Source of the DNA: Escherichia phage ukendt | Sequence record: NC_052661.1 | Length of the DNA: 64,000 nt | Strand: one strand, 5' to 3' | Shown here: positions 35,072 to 43,448 of the stretch, piece by piece | Layout: every line of letters begins with the position of its first letter | How positions within the stretch are numbered: position 1 is the first letter of the stretch | The notes under the pieces: generated by a model | The model's database searches: none | Told to the model about the DNA's origin: nothing | What the model saw: the letters and a program-made list of their open reading frames with translations, nothing else | Program-made: the position numbers and the translations under genes

Positions 35072-35242
35072 ATGATCCCGACTATGTTTTATGTATCGCG
35101 CAAAGGTCACAATATTTTTTGGTCTGAAGATTTAAATGAAGCCATGACGTTTGCCCGTGATCGTGTTGCTATCGGTGGCGTTAACATCACCGTAACCGAT
35201 GAAAATGGCATTGAATACTATAACGGCGACGATGAAGAGTAA
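35072..35242 (+). CDS. cassette small protein
   Basis: 56 aa; promoter-hairpin module. Confidence 0.45.
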   Translation: MIPTMFYVSRKGHNIFWSEDLNEAMTFARDRVAIGGVNITVTDENGIEYYNGDDEE

Positions 35243-35249
35243 TTAATGA

Positions 35250-35267
35250 GGCGGGGAGTACCCCGCC
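35250..35267 (+). promoter_or_regulatory. cassette-type GC hairpin without recognisable -35/-10
   Basis: GGCGGGGAGTACCCCGCC, 20 nt upstream of the ATG at 35287. Confidence 0.4.
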
Positions 35268-35286
35268 GTCAATAAAGAGGTAAATC

Positions 35287-35556
35287 ATGAAAATATCATT
35301 GGACGTTGCAATCAAGGCCATCGAATCCGGTTACATCCTGGTAAAAGATGATAAGGCTAAAATAGTGCATCATGTTAACAAGGAAACAGGCGAGAGCATG
35401 ATCACATATAAAGCCGCCTACTTTCTCCAATCAGTAGCAGATCCGCGCGTACAACGCCAGGTTACAGCGGCTATTGCTAAAAAATTATGTGCTTTACAGG
35501 GTGCAAGTTTTAACGAGATTGCCCCGTGTTTTGAGTGGTCAAGCTTGAAAAAATAA
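35287..35556 (+). CDS. cassette small protein
   Basis: 89 aa; preceded by GC hairpin only. Confidence 0.5.
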   Translation: MKISLDVAIKAIESGYILVKDDKAKIVHHVNKETGESMITYKAAYFLQSVADPRVQRQVTAAIAKKLCALQGASFNEIAPCFEWSSLKK

Positions 35557-35557
35557 T

Positions 35558-35619
35558 TTGACAACAATTATAAATCGGGTAGAATGTATTTCGTAGGGCG
35601 GGGCAATAAGGCAACGCCC
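35558..35619 (+). promoter_or_regulatory. cassette promoter + 5' hairpin module
   Basis: TTGACA, 16 nt, TAGAAT, then GGGCG...CGCCC hairpin. Confidence 0.5.
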
Positions 35620-35634
35620 ATTAATGAGGGTAGA

Positions 35635-35742
35635 ATGATGTTAGAGAAAATTTTCACGGTTGTAATAGTGGGCCTGGCGTTATCGGTTGGAGTGGTTGCA
35701 ACTATGGCTAACATGATCCTATCTTCCCACGGTATCGGCTAA
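35635..35742 (+). CDS. cassette hydrophobic peptide
   Basis: 35 aa single TM; promoter-hairpin module. Confidence 0.35.
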   Translation: MMLEKIFTVVIVGLALSVGVVATMANMILSSHGIG

Positions 35743-35752
35743 GGTGAAACAA

Positions 35753-35968
35753 ATGATCACGAATAAGACAGGTAAAACGGAATTTTTACGCGGCTTGCAA
35801 GTTGGTAAACCTGAGATCTGGCATTGTACTAAATCCGCGCATAATGAAATGAAAGATTTTACCGCTACTTTACAACGTGTTAAAATATCTATCACACAGA
35901 AAAAAGCCTTGTTAGTAGTAGAAAACGAGATCCCGCAAACTATTATTATTGTCGAGCGTACAGCATGA
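35753..35968 (+). CDS. cassette small protein
   Basis: Start refined to ATG 35753. Confidence 0.45.
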   Translation: MITNKTGKTEFLRGLQVGKPEIWHCTKSAHNEMKDFTATLQRVKISITQKKALLVVENEIPQTIIIVERTA

Positions 35969-36351
35969 AAACAGAAATCATTATTGAAATCATCAACGGT
36001 TATAAAGAAGCCTTTATTTTTGCTGAATCAGCAAGGGATCATGAAGGTAATTTTATTGAAAACTTAGACGATTATGATTTTTCTCCTAGCGCGGACGAAC
36101 GGATCGCCCAGGATGTAACAGCCTTTATTAATGCTAATCTTGCCGCTATCTCTGAGGCAATGAGCGACGGCGCAACAGCCAACCAGATCGGGAATGATTT
36201 ACATTTTACCCGTAACGGTCACGGCGTAGGCTTTTGGGATCGCCCTGAAATATACACCACTAACACGGCGAACCGCCTAACCAATGCAGCTAAGTTTATG
36301 CCGAACGTGTCGGCTTACATTGGTGAAGATAATTTGATTTATATTGAATAA
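35965..36351 (+). CDS. cassette small protein
   Basis: 128 aa; translationally coupled. Confidence 0.5.
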   Translation: MKTEIIIEIINGYKEAFIFAESARDHEGNFIENLDDYDFSPSADERIAQDVTAFINANLAAISEAMSDGATANQIGNDLHFTRNGHGVGFWDRPEIYTTNTANRLTNAAKFMPNVSAYIGEDNLIYIE

Positions 36352-36357
36352 AAAGTA

Positions 36358-36415
36358 TTGACACAGATCGCCAGTGTGCTAATATTTACCACGTAGGGCG
36401 GCAATGGTGCCGCCG
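36358..36415 (+). promoter_or_regulatory. cassette promoter + 5' hairpin module
   Basis: TTGACA, 16 nt, TAATAT, then GGCGGCAATGGTGCCGCC hairpin. Confidence 0.55.
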
Positions 36416-36432
36416 ATAATGAGGAAAGTAAA

Positions 36433-36732
36433 ATGGAAACTATCGCTATTGTTACCGTAGAAAAACTGGTTGTTGGTGATGTATTCGCGTTAATGGTGCC
36501 TAACAGCAGCAAGCTGGGCGCTTATGAAGTAATGGATCATAAAAATGAATCATTTGGCGACGGTTGCACAATGGCGGTAAAATCTTTAAAGGATGGAATT
36601 ATCCGCCAGGCTAACTGGCACAAAGGGAATCAAGTCGGTTTAATATCAGCTAATTTCTTGCCAGAAGAGCAAACGTTAGACCAACTATCAGGCGGTAAGA
36701 CGTTAGCCGAACTACTGGAAACAGCGATCTAA
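36433..36732 (+). CDS. cassette small protein
   Basis: 99 aa; promoter-hairpin module. Confidence 0.5.
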   Translation: METIAIVTVEKLVVGDVFALMVPNSSKLGAYEVMDHKNESFGDGCTMAVKSLKDGIIRQANWHKGNQVGLISANFLPEEQTLDQLSGGKTLAELLETAI

Positions 36733-36739
36733 TCGACAA

Positions 36740-36755
36740 GGGGCGGCAACGCCCC
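36740..36755 (+). promoter_or_regulatory. cassette-type GC hairpin without recognisable promoter
   Basis: GGGGCGGCAACGCCCC between stop at 36732 and ATG at 36786. Confidence 0.35.
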
Positions 36756-36785
36756 CATTAAACGCAATAGGAAGAGGATAGACAC

Positions 36786-37076
36786 ATGAAAAAGATGATC
36801 GCAGTAGTTGCCCTGGTTGTTGGTATTAACGCGCCTGTAATGGCGAAAGAGTTGCCAGAATCCATCACGTTAACCGATATCAACGCAATAAACCGGATCG
36901 GCGTTAATTATCGCCTATGCCTTGCCGCTAAAACTTTCCAGGACGGCACAACAGAGTACTACGGATTCGAGGGTACCCGCTGCGGTGAGCTTGCACGCGA
37001 CCTTAAGGAAGATCCAGACCTTGAGGCCATACCGATGACCGTAAACGGTAAAGCTTACGTAAACCGCCAACAATGA
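36786..37076 (+). CDS. cassette secreted protein
   Basis: 96 aa; signal peptide MKKMIAVVALVVGINAPVMA. Confidence 0.5.
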   Translation: MKKMIAVVALVVGINAPVMAKELPESITLTDINAINRIGVNYRLCLAAKTFQDGTTEYYGFEGTRCGELARDLKEDPDLEAIPMTVNGKAYVNRQQ

Positions 37077-37207
37077 GAAAGGTAATCATCACAATGGGGA
37101 TCGTAGTAGCAACGCTGGCGCTTATCCCCTTCATGGTTGAACATGTGCTGATCAGTGTTGTCCTTGTAGTCAGTGACCTATTGGAAACGGTTGGCACCTG
37201 GTTTTAA
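37073..37207 (+). CDS. cassette hydrophobic peptide
   Basis: 44 aa ORF overlapping upstream stop (ATGA). Confidence 0.35.
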   Translation: MRKVIITMGIVVATLALIPFMVEHVLISVVLVVSDLLETVGTWF

Positions 37208-37381
37208 GATAATAAATAGGGCTTGCAATAGTCCTATTTTTTGTTATACTTATTGAACGGGCGGCACCTGGGAGCAGGGGAAGATAATCACCGGAAGACC
37301 CCGCTATATATTGATAACTAACGCCTATCAAACAACAAAACATCAAAGGAACAAACTATCAAATCTTTACAATTCTACCTA

Positions 37382-37410
37382 TTGACACCGGATCACGCTT
37401 ACATTATTAT
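37382..37410 (+). promoter_or_regulatory. sigma70-like promoter with degenerate hairpin
   Basis: TTGACA, 17 nt, TATTAT, then ACGTAGGGC without the complementary arm. Confidence 0.45.
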
Positions 37411-37456
37411 TTATCACGTAGGGCAAATCATTTTAAACGGTAAACGAGGAATCACC

Positions 37457-37840
37457 ATGAGCAATATCATCAACCTGGCAGCGACTGTAAACGGTAAAGA
37501 CTTTAACGGCGCTGTAGACCGTGATCCTATGTGGTGCTTGTCAGTGTTTAAAGGTGACTTGGTTGAAGTTAGAACAACCGAAGGGTATAGCGATGATTAT
37601 AAATGCGAGATCCATTTACATAACTGGTACACGGGTAAAACTTATGCGCTGAATCATGCGTTTATCGGCAAGGTTGAATATAGAGAAATGATCGACGATG
37701 AAACGGGGCAGGATTTTAGCGAAAACGTTTATATTCGTTCCGAGACATTAGCCGAACGTTTGATCGAGAAAATGAAAGCAAAAAATAAAATTAATTTATC
37801 TCATTGGATTGATATAACAAACGATCCAGCTTATCAGTAA
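37457..37840 (+). CDS. cassette protein
   Basis: 127 aa; promoter without hairpin; followed by terminator. Confidence 0.5.
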   Translation: MSNIINLAATVNGKDFNGAVDRDPMWCLSVFKGDLVEVRTTEGYSDDYKCEIHLHNWYTGKTYALNHAFIGKVEYREMIDDETGQDFSENVYIRSETLAERLIEKMKAKNKINLSHWIDITNDPAYQ

Positions 37841-37855
37841 ATAACATTTCATACC

Positions 37856-37882
37856 AGGGCGCACAAAGCGCCCTTTCTTTTT
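37856..37882 (+). terminator. rho-independent terminator at the right end of the cassette array
   Basis: AGGGCGC-ACAAA-GCGCCCT followed by TTCTTTTT; near-identical to the terminator at 33231. Confidence 0.6.
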
Positions 37883-38019
37883 GCCCGAACAATGTTGATA
37901 GCTTTCGCCTATGAAAAACCGACACAGAACAAAACTGAATAAATCACGGTATCAAGCTAATCGACCATTAAACGAATAACCATACATCCCAGGGCAACAG
38001 GCTGTTAGAGAGCTATTTA

Positions 38020-38360
38020 GAGCGGTTAAAATCGATCAACAACCAACAACAAACCATCAAAAACACCCTTTTACCTCCTTTCTAGTGCAATGATAACCAT
38101 TATCATCTACCCATGATTATCTATGCAATATAAGCGCATAATTATAATGTTGATAATAGTTCGCAACAACTAACCAACAAACAACATAAAACAATAAGCA
38201 AACTAATCATAATCAAAGGAATAATAGCAAGATGATTGATAACGACAAACAATCAAACCATGATGAATACTAAGCAAAACAACGATAACACGACAAAACA
38301 ACCAACTAACGAACAATAACAAACGAAACCATTAAAATAACAACTATTAGCAAAATAGTG
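38020..38360. repeat. A+C-rich low-complexity tract with AAC/CAA repeats
   Basis: Long runs such as CAACAACCAACAACAAACCATCAAAAACACCC with almost no G on the plus strand and no ORF. Confidence 0.55.
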
Positions 38361-38489
38361 CCTAAATGAAATCATTACAAAACGAATCATTCACAGGATC
38401 ATCATTAGCACGCTATGCCGGACACATAGCGAGCTAATAATAAGCCAACTACACCCCAACAATCATAACCATCGGTGACGGTTATTTCT

Positions 38490-38520
38490 TGTTACTGCGT
38501 AGCTTGCAATAATTGCAAGC
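38490..38520. repeat. perfect palindrome CTTGCAATAATTGCAAG
   Basis: 17-bp inverted repeat within the non-coding region. Confidence 0.45.
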
Positions 38521-38843
38521 GTAATGACGCTTACACTTATTGCGCTGGCTTATTATTAGCATTATATGTAATTACCAAGATCATAACATTAGCGCAATAA
38601 CAATAATCATTGTGGTAATTACAAGATGAAATCATTAGCAAGATGAATAATTGCACGTAGCAACATGAGCGAATAGCGACAGGTTGCATAGTGTGCACAT
38701 AGTGTATAAACATACAAGAAAATAAAGGCTAATCTTTTGGGGGCGAATACTATCGCGTAGCGATATGTTGAGCACCTTCTCTTAAACGTAAATAAAATCA
38801 GAAAATTCTTGATTTATTTTAGTTTTTATGTTAATAAACGTTT

Positions 38844-38864
38844 AAATAATAATCATTCTCATAT
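38844..38864. promoter_or_regulatory. Fur-box-like operator (site C)
   Basis: AAATAATAATCATTCTCATAT shares the core AATCATTCTCAT with sites B and D. Confidence 0.4.
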
Positions 38865-39002
38865 AAATAATAGTCTGCTTGTCATGAGCGGGATTAGTTG
38901 ACAATGTTCCGTCATATGATGAAGTTGCCAAACCATTGATAAATAAGTGTTTGTGTGATTTATAATCAAGTGGCCCACCTTGTCGCTATGTTGGCATGAG
39001 CC

Positions 39003-39044
39003 TTGCATAAGTCATTGAATACGAATGATAATTATTCTCATTCG
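39003..39044 (+). promoter_or_regulatory. promoter with Fur-box-like operator across the -10 (site D)
   Basis: TTGCAT, 17 nt, TGATAAT; palindrome CGAATGATAATTATTCTCATTCG. Confidence 0.5.
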
Positions 39045-39374
39045 CATGATATTTGGGAATTGTCGCTGCGTGGACCTGACGGCCCGAAAATTCGCGTTAA
39101 GCACTTCTTACGTATGCGCCATGATTTTTGCCATATGATATTGATTCTATTAGATATTCTTGCCATGAAACAAGGTGTGTCGAAATAATCTCTCCCCGTA
39201 GATATTTTGGGTTACTTTTTATACAAGAGTGGGGTGTCAAAAATAATCGGTATATATGGGATAATTGATAGGAATCCCCTATGGTAATTCGATTGTAATT
39301 CCTTAAGATTGATCGTATGATGTTGGTGATTGATGATTGCCATGAAAGATGGCTAACGATGAGAGGAGATTGTC

Positions 39375-39749
39375 ATGCAAGAGAGTAAAAATATTCCGTT
39401 GAGTAGTGCAACATTGCTTCGCTTCTATAAAGCATGGATTGCCAACTATCCTGCAATGAATCGCACAACGAGTGGCTTATGTGGTTGTCTGGTAGATTAT
39501 GTAGATGATTTTGTTGGTGAGACAACTAGAGAAGAAGATAGAAGATGGCGTGATCATTTGTTGGACCGTTTGAAATATGAAATGAGGAAACAATTTACAT
39601 GTGCAGGGCTGGACTACAATCTTCCGTTCAATGCAGATTGCATGGATTACCTTTCAGAGTGTATAAACTTGGCGTGTCATACCAACACGTTACGTCTTCA
39701 ATGGGTGAAAGATCGGATTGAAGATGCAAATAATGCTTGCATTGAATAA
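39375..39749 (+). CDS. family A paralog (WVKDR motif)
   Basis: 124 aa; GLCxxL...LPF...RLQWVKDRI shared with four other ORFs. Confidence 0.55.
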   Translation: MQESKNIPLSSATLLRFYKAWIANYPAMNRTTSGLCGCLVDYVDDFVGETTREEDRRWRDHLLDRLKYEMRKQFTCAGLDYNLPFNADCMDYLSECINLACHTNTLRLQWVKDRIEDANNACIE

Positions 39750-39798
39750 AGATGTTTGTATAATGGATGACATAACAGATAGCCAATGAGGAGATGAA

Positions 39799-40008
39799 AT
39801 GAAGAATTTGAAAACTGTCACAATGTTCTTGACTGATCCTACACGTGTGCAAGCACTGGCTAAAGCCAGCCGTGTAGCTGTAGAATTCCAAAACTTTAAG
39901 CCGTCCGTTGTGACAGGCAGTGAAACGTGTGTTATCGATTTCATTAACGAATACTTCCGAGGGAATCCGGTTGGTCGTTACTTTATTAAGGGTCTGAAGG
40001 ATGCATAA
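39799..40008 (+). CDS. hypothetical protein
   Basis: 69 aa; RBS GAGGAG. Confidence 0.5.
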   Translation: MKNLKTVTMFLTDPTRVQALAKASRVAVEFQNFKPSVVTGSETCVIDFINEYFRGNPVGRYFIKGLKDA

Positions 40009-40231
40009 CATGAAACGCATGAAAATTCGTATTGAGAATGGTGGTGGTTATAAAGGATTGGCACATGCAAAATTTCCACTTGTGTTGGAAGCTACAGTGG
40101 AATACAGTGGGCTTGCTCATGTGCGATTCTCGAAGATGATGGAAGTGCAGGAATGGTTTTGGGACGAGATAGATGCACGAGAAGGAGAAGATTATGTTTT
40201 CTTTCCTCACGAATATAACATTGTCTATTAA
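40001..40231 (+). CDS. family B paralog (EGxDYVFF motif)
   Basis: 76 aa; WFWDE...EGEDYVFF shared with 44336..44557. Confidence 0.5.
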   Translation: MHNMKRMKIRIENGGGYKGLAHAKFPLVLEATVEYSGLAHVRFSKMMEVQEWFWDEIDAREGEDYVFFPHEYNIVY

Positions 40232-40243
40232 AGGTTGTGTGCA

Positions 40244-40483
40244 ATGATCACACCACAACAGAATGAAGCAGCAATGGATCTTCTTGATAGTTTGTATTTC
40301 GATAATTGGTACTCTGAATGTGAATGGATGAATGTGCAAACTCTGAAAGAGAAGACAGAAGCGTTGATTACCGTAGATCAATTTCTTGCAGAGACGGAAA
40401 GAATGAATTATGATATGGCATCTCGCGCACGACGCGTTTCCATTTTCAATAAAATGTTAGCATTATGGGGAGGTAGAAAATGA
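40244..40483 (+). CDS. hypothetical protein
   Basis: Start refined to ATG 40244. Confidence 0.45.
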   Translation: MITPQQNEAAMDLLDSLYFDNWYSECEWMNVQTLKEKTEALITVDQFLAETERMNYDMASRARRVSIFNKMLALWGGRK

Positions 40484-40941
40484 GACAATTCACTATACTG
40501 GCAGCTTATGTGCAATGTGTTCACGACTATGTTAGTGCTCATACAGGTGTGCTGGAAGTTACCAGTAAAATTGAAGGTAATATGGGTACTGTCTGTGTGC
40601 AACATACTTTATCCAATGTGCCGTTTAAAGTGTTCACTGTTGTAGCTGCCGATTACAATCGTGTAGATGTGCGTTTCTTGGATCATAATTTTCGTAACGC
40701 ACTAGATAATATCGAAGATTATCTTCCCGTGAAACCTTTGTCATTTCCACCGAGTCGTGCAAATAATGTAGTGACAAACCTTAATGAAAGGAATGTGGCT
40801 ATGCACAAAAAAGTTCGTCAATTGAAAATGCTGATGGAAATGCAAGAAGAGATTGAAAAAGAACTGAAAGAAGATTTCGGTATGCTTCCAAAAGACGCTT
40901 TGAAATGGTATGATGAACTAGGAGGAGAAAGTTATGAATAA
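40480..40941 (+). CDS. hypothetical protein
   Basis: 153 aa ORF. Confidence 0.5.
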   Translation: MRQFTILAAYVQCVHDYVSAHTGVLEVTSKIEGNMGTVCVQHTLSNVPFKVFTVVAADYNRVDVRFLDHNFRNALDNIEDYLPVKPLSFPPSRANNVVTNLNERNVAMHKKVRQLKMLMEMQEEIEKELKEDFGMLPKDALKWYDELGGESYE

Positions 40942-41128
40942 AGGAACTACTGTATATTTAGTGACTAAGAACACCCCAGGTTGGAATCAGTGCACAACAA
41001 CTCCATATAAAGTCTGTGCAACACTGGAATTAGCACAACGTGCAGAAGCAGAAGTTGATGCTATGCAATACAGCTACGGTGAAATCATTCCTTTTACTCT
41101 TGAACAAGAAGGAGCACATCATGTTTAA
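40934..41128 (+). CDS. hypothetical protein
   Basis: 64 aa ORF. Confidence 0.45.
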   Translation: MNKGTTVYLVTKNTPGWNQCTTTPYKVCATLELAQRAEAEVDAMQYSYGEIIPFTLEQEGAHHV

Positions 41129-41906
41129 AGTAGGTTTTGTTTATAATTTCAAATCGGAAGATACCAAAAAGAATTTTGGTAAAGCCAGTATTCGTAACGC
41201 TTTCTTTGTAGGTTGCATTCAAGATAGTAAGTTTAAAGTTTTAGATGTTGATTTTCTAGGTTCTGTGTCAAAGGTGAAGGTATTAGACACAAATAAGATC
41301 ATCGAAGGTAGTTCTGGGCTTTTTCCTGAAGGCTATAAGCTTGTAAGTTGTATAGATTATAGTCGTTTTGAAGAACATCCTCCTGAAGATTATGAGGATT
41401 CTCCTACAGGAGGTTGTGTCTTTGTAGAAGGTGGTGTCTATAAGTTTGCAAGTGAACAAGATCGTAAGCTTTTCGCCAATTATATTGACGGCGGACAAAC
41501 GACAAACAATGTAAACCGAAAAATTTCCGATCTTATTGGCGATGATCCTTTCGTGATCACAAAGATGGTTGGACAAGATGTAACAGCAATCCGTAGGCTT
41601 GTATGTAATACAAATCATGTAGCAGGTGAAGGTTGGTTCAAGGAAGCTTGTGCGCTGCTAATCAAAAGTGATAACCCTTATTTTAAAAATATTAAAGATG
41701 TTGTTGAGCCTAAACAAGAGGAACCCGCAGCGAATTTTAAACACTATGCTATTGTTAAAGGTATGAATGTCCAACTGGTGTCACATTCTTACGAAGAGAT
41801 CGCCACAGAAGCAAAAAAGATGAAGGAAGAATACCCAATTTCTACTGTTGAGATCTATGAGCGTATTGGTGTTGTTAGTATTGAGCCTACTGCGGTAATA
41901 AAATAA
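41121..41906 (+). CDS. hypothetical protein (MFKV family)
   Basis: Start refined to ATG 41121; N-terminus MFKVGFVYNFKS paralogous to 41916..42353. Confidence 0.5.
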   Translation: MFKVGFVYNFKSEDTKKNFGKASIRNAFFVGCIQDSKFKVLDVDFLGSVSKVKVLDTNKIIEGSSGLFPEGYKLVSCIDYSRFEEHPPEDYEDSPTGGCVFVEGGVYKFASEQDRKLFANYIDGGQTTNNVNRKISDLIGDDPFVITKMVGQDVTAIRRLVCNTNHVAGEGWFKEACALLIKSDNPYFKNIKDVVEPKQEEPAANFKHYAIVKGMNVQLVSHSYEEIATEAKKMKEEYPISTVEIYERIGVVSIEPTAVIK

Positions 41907-41915
41907 GGAGCTATT

Positions 41916-42353
41916 ATGTTCAAAGTTAATGCTGTTTACTGTTTCAAAAGCAAAGCTGCATGTGAAGCTTTCTCTATGATCTCTGATGAAAATTTCAAAA
42001 TGGCAGCTTTGATTGAAGGGTCTTGTTTCCGCGTCGAAGATGTTAGTGAATCAGGGTCTGTTTGCTCATTGACTTTATTGGACAGCGGAGATATTATTGA
42101 AGCTGGACAGTATCCGTTCAGAAGTTGGGAGATATTGTTAGCTCGCGGAGAGCGTAACTTTTTTATGTGCGTGTCTGCGGGGGAAGTTGTGAAAGAAACT
42201 AAGGATGTTTCTGTTTACAATTCTGAATTTATAAGTTATAGTGAGTATCAACATCTGGAAGGCATTGTTGGTCACTTGTTATCTCTGATTGACATTGAAT
42301 GTGACTTGCCTGAATCATTGAAAGAAGAGTTGAAAGCATTAGATCTGCTGTAA
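41916..42353 (+). CDS. hypothetical protein (MFKV family)
   Basis: 145 aa; N-terminus MFKVNAVYCFKS. Confidence 0.5.
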   Translation: MFKVNAVYCFKSKAACEAFSMISDENFKMAALIEGSCFRVEDVSESGSVCSLTLLDSGDIIEAGQYPFRSWEILLARGERNFFMCVSAGEVVKETKDVSVYNSEFISYSEYQHLEGIVGHLLSLIDIECDLPESLKEELKALDLL

Positions 42354-42380
42354 TGTTCCGCACAACGAAAGGAGAATAAA

Positions 42381-42680
42381 ATGAATCTGACCGAACAGTT
42401 ACGCCGTATTGCAAAAGAAGCTTCCTTCAACTTCCCTGTTGAAGAAGTGATCGAGACATGTTTTGCTGAAGCACGAGCGGGAAACTCTTCAAGAAATTTC
42501 ACGCCATCTGATTTTGGTCTGGATAATTCCCCTACCCACCCAGGGGAGATCTACAATCAGGTGAAGTGGATGGATGAAGCAGTAGCAATTCTTCGTGAGC
42601 GTGGGCTTATTGTTTATAAAGAAATGGATCTGAACGGGGCATACGAGTGGATCACTATTGATTGGTCGGAGGTGAAATAA
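42381..42680 (+). CDS. hypothetical protein
   Basis: 99 aa; RBS AAAGGAG. Confidence 0.5.
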   Translation: MNLTEQLRRIAKEASFNFPVEEVIETCFAEARAGNSSRNFTPSDFGLDNSPTHPGEIYNQVKWMDEAVAILRERGLIVYKEMDLNGAYEWITIDWSEVK

Positions 42681-42889
42681 TGGTTACTATCACATTGACA
42701 GTTACACAAGAGCAAGCAGAAGAATTACGTGATGCAGTGGCATACATGGGACGCTCTTATTATATGCCTTATAAATCACAAGATGTTTTTGCTACAGCCA
42801 TTGAGAAAGCTTTAAACAAATATCGAGAAACTCATGCCGTTCCTAAAGTATCAGCAGAAGAGTTTGGCACTTGGCACGAAGTTAACTAA
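42680..42889 (+). CDS. hypothetical protein
   Basis: Start refined to ATG 42680. Confidence 0.45.
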   Translation: MVTITLTVTQEQAEELRDAVAYMGRSYYMPYKSQDVFATAIEKALNKYRETHAVPKVSAEEFGTWHEVN

Positions 42890-42899
42890 GGAGGTATCG

Positions 42900-43133
42900 A
42901 TGAAAGGTAACAAGATGAAAGTTAATCAGGTACCGAGTGCATACACTTTGTGGCTTGCGCGAGCGTTACACCAGACGATCAAAAATCCTAAGAAGCCAAT
43001 GAAGAGTGGGAAGAAGTTTATGTCTAAGGGCAAAACAACCTTTGGCTTCACTCGTATGTCTGTTAAGATGGAAAGGCTGGGGTACAAGCCAAACTACGCT
43101 CGTTACCCTTCCGAATACAACTGGTTTGACTAA
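42900..43133 (+). CDS. hypothetical basic protein
   Basis: Start refined to ATG 42900 after AAGGAGG. Confidence 0.45.
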   Translation: MKGNKMKVNQVPSAYTLWLARALHQTIKNPKKPMKSGKKFMSKGKTTFGFTRMSVKMERLGYKPNYARYPSEYNWFD

Positions 43134-43148
43134 AGAGGAGAACAAAAC

Positions 43149-43433
43149 ATGAAAACATCTATTCGCGTGAAACATGATCCGAACAGCAGTTACCCATACG
43201 TGTATGTTGAACGTCATGAAGGGGACTATTACACCATAAAACGTAAAGTCCCAACTGACACAGGGTTTAACTTCGATGTTATCGCACTGGATGATCAAGG
43301 TGTTGATAATCTGGTGAATGCATTACTCGCATTGAAGGAAGTACGACATGAAAATCAGACTAAAGGTAAAGTGGCTTTCGATTCTTGTGATCGTTTAGCC
43401 GAAGAGATTGCCGAATGGCGTGATACTCACTAA
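43149..43433 (+). CDS. hypothetical protein
   Basis: 94 aa; RBS AGAGGAG. Confidence 0.5.
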   Translation: MKTSIRVKHDPNSSYPYVYVERHEGDYYTIKRKVPTDTGFNFDVIALDDQGVDNLVNALLALKEVRHENQTKGKVAFDSCDRLAEEIAEWRDTH

Positions 43434-43448
43434 AACAGGAGAAAGATT

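Noticed and set aside
28438-37882. CRISPR array
   Set aside because: The repeated units are roughly 85-bp promoter-hairpin modules separated by whole genes of variable length, not short direct repeats with uniform spacers.
28438-37882. Assignment of the phage to T4-type on the basis of the promoter-stem-loop cassettes
   Set aside because: No T4 core genes or T4 gene order are visible around nrdD/nrdG or elsewhere; the cassette architecture is analogous but taxonomy cannot be called from this window.
39003-39188. Plus-strand ORF (61 aa) starting at the site-D promoter
   Set aside because: Begins inside the predicted -35/operator, has no RBS, and sits in an otherwise non-coding leader.
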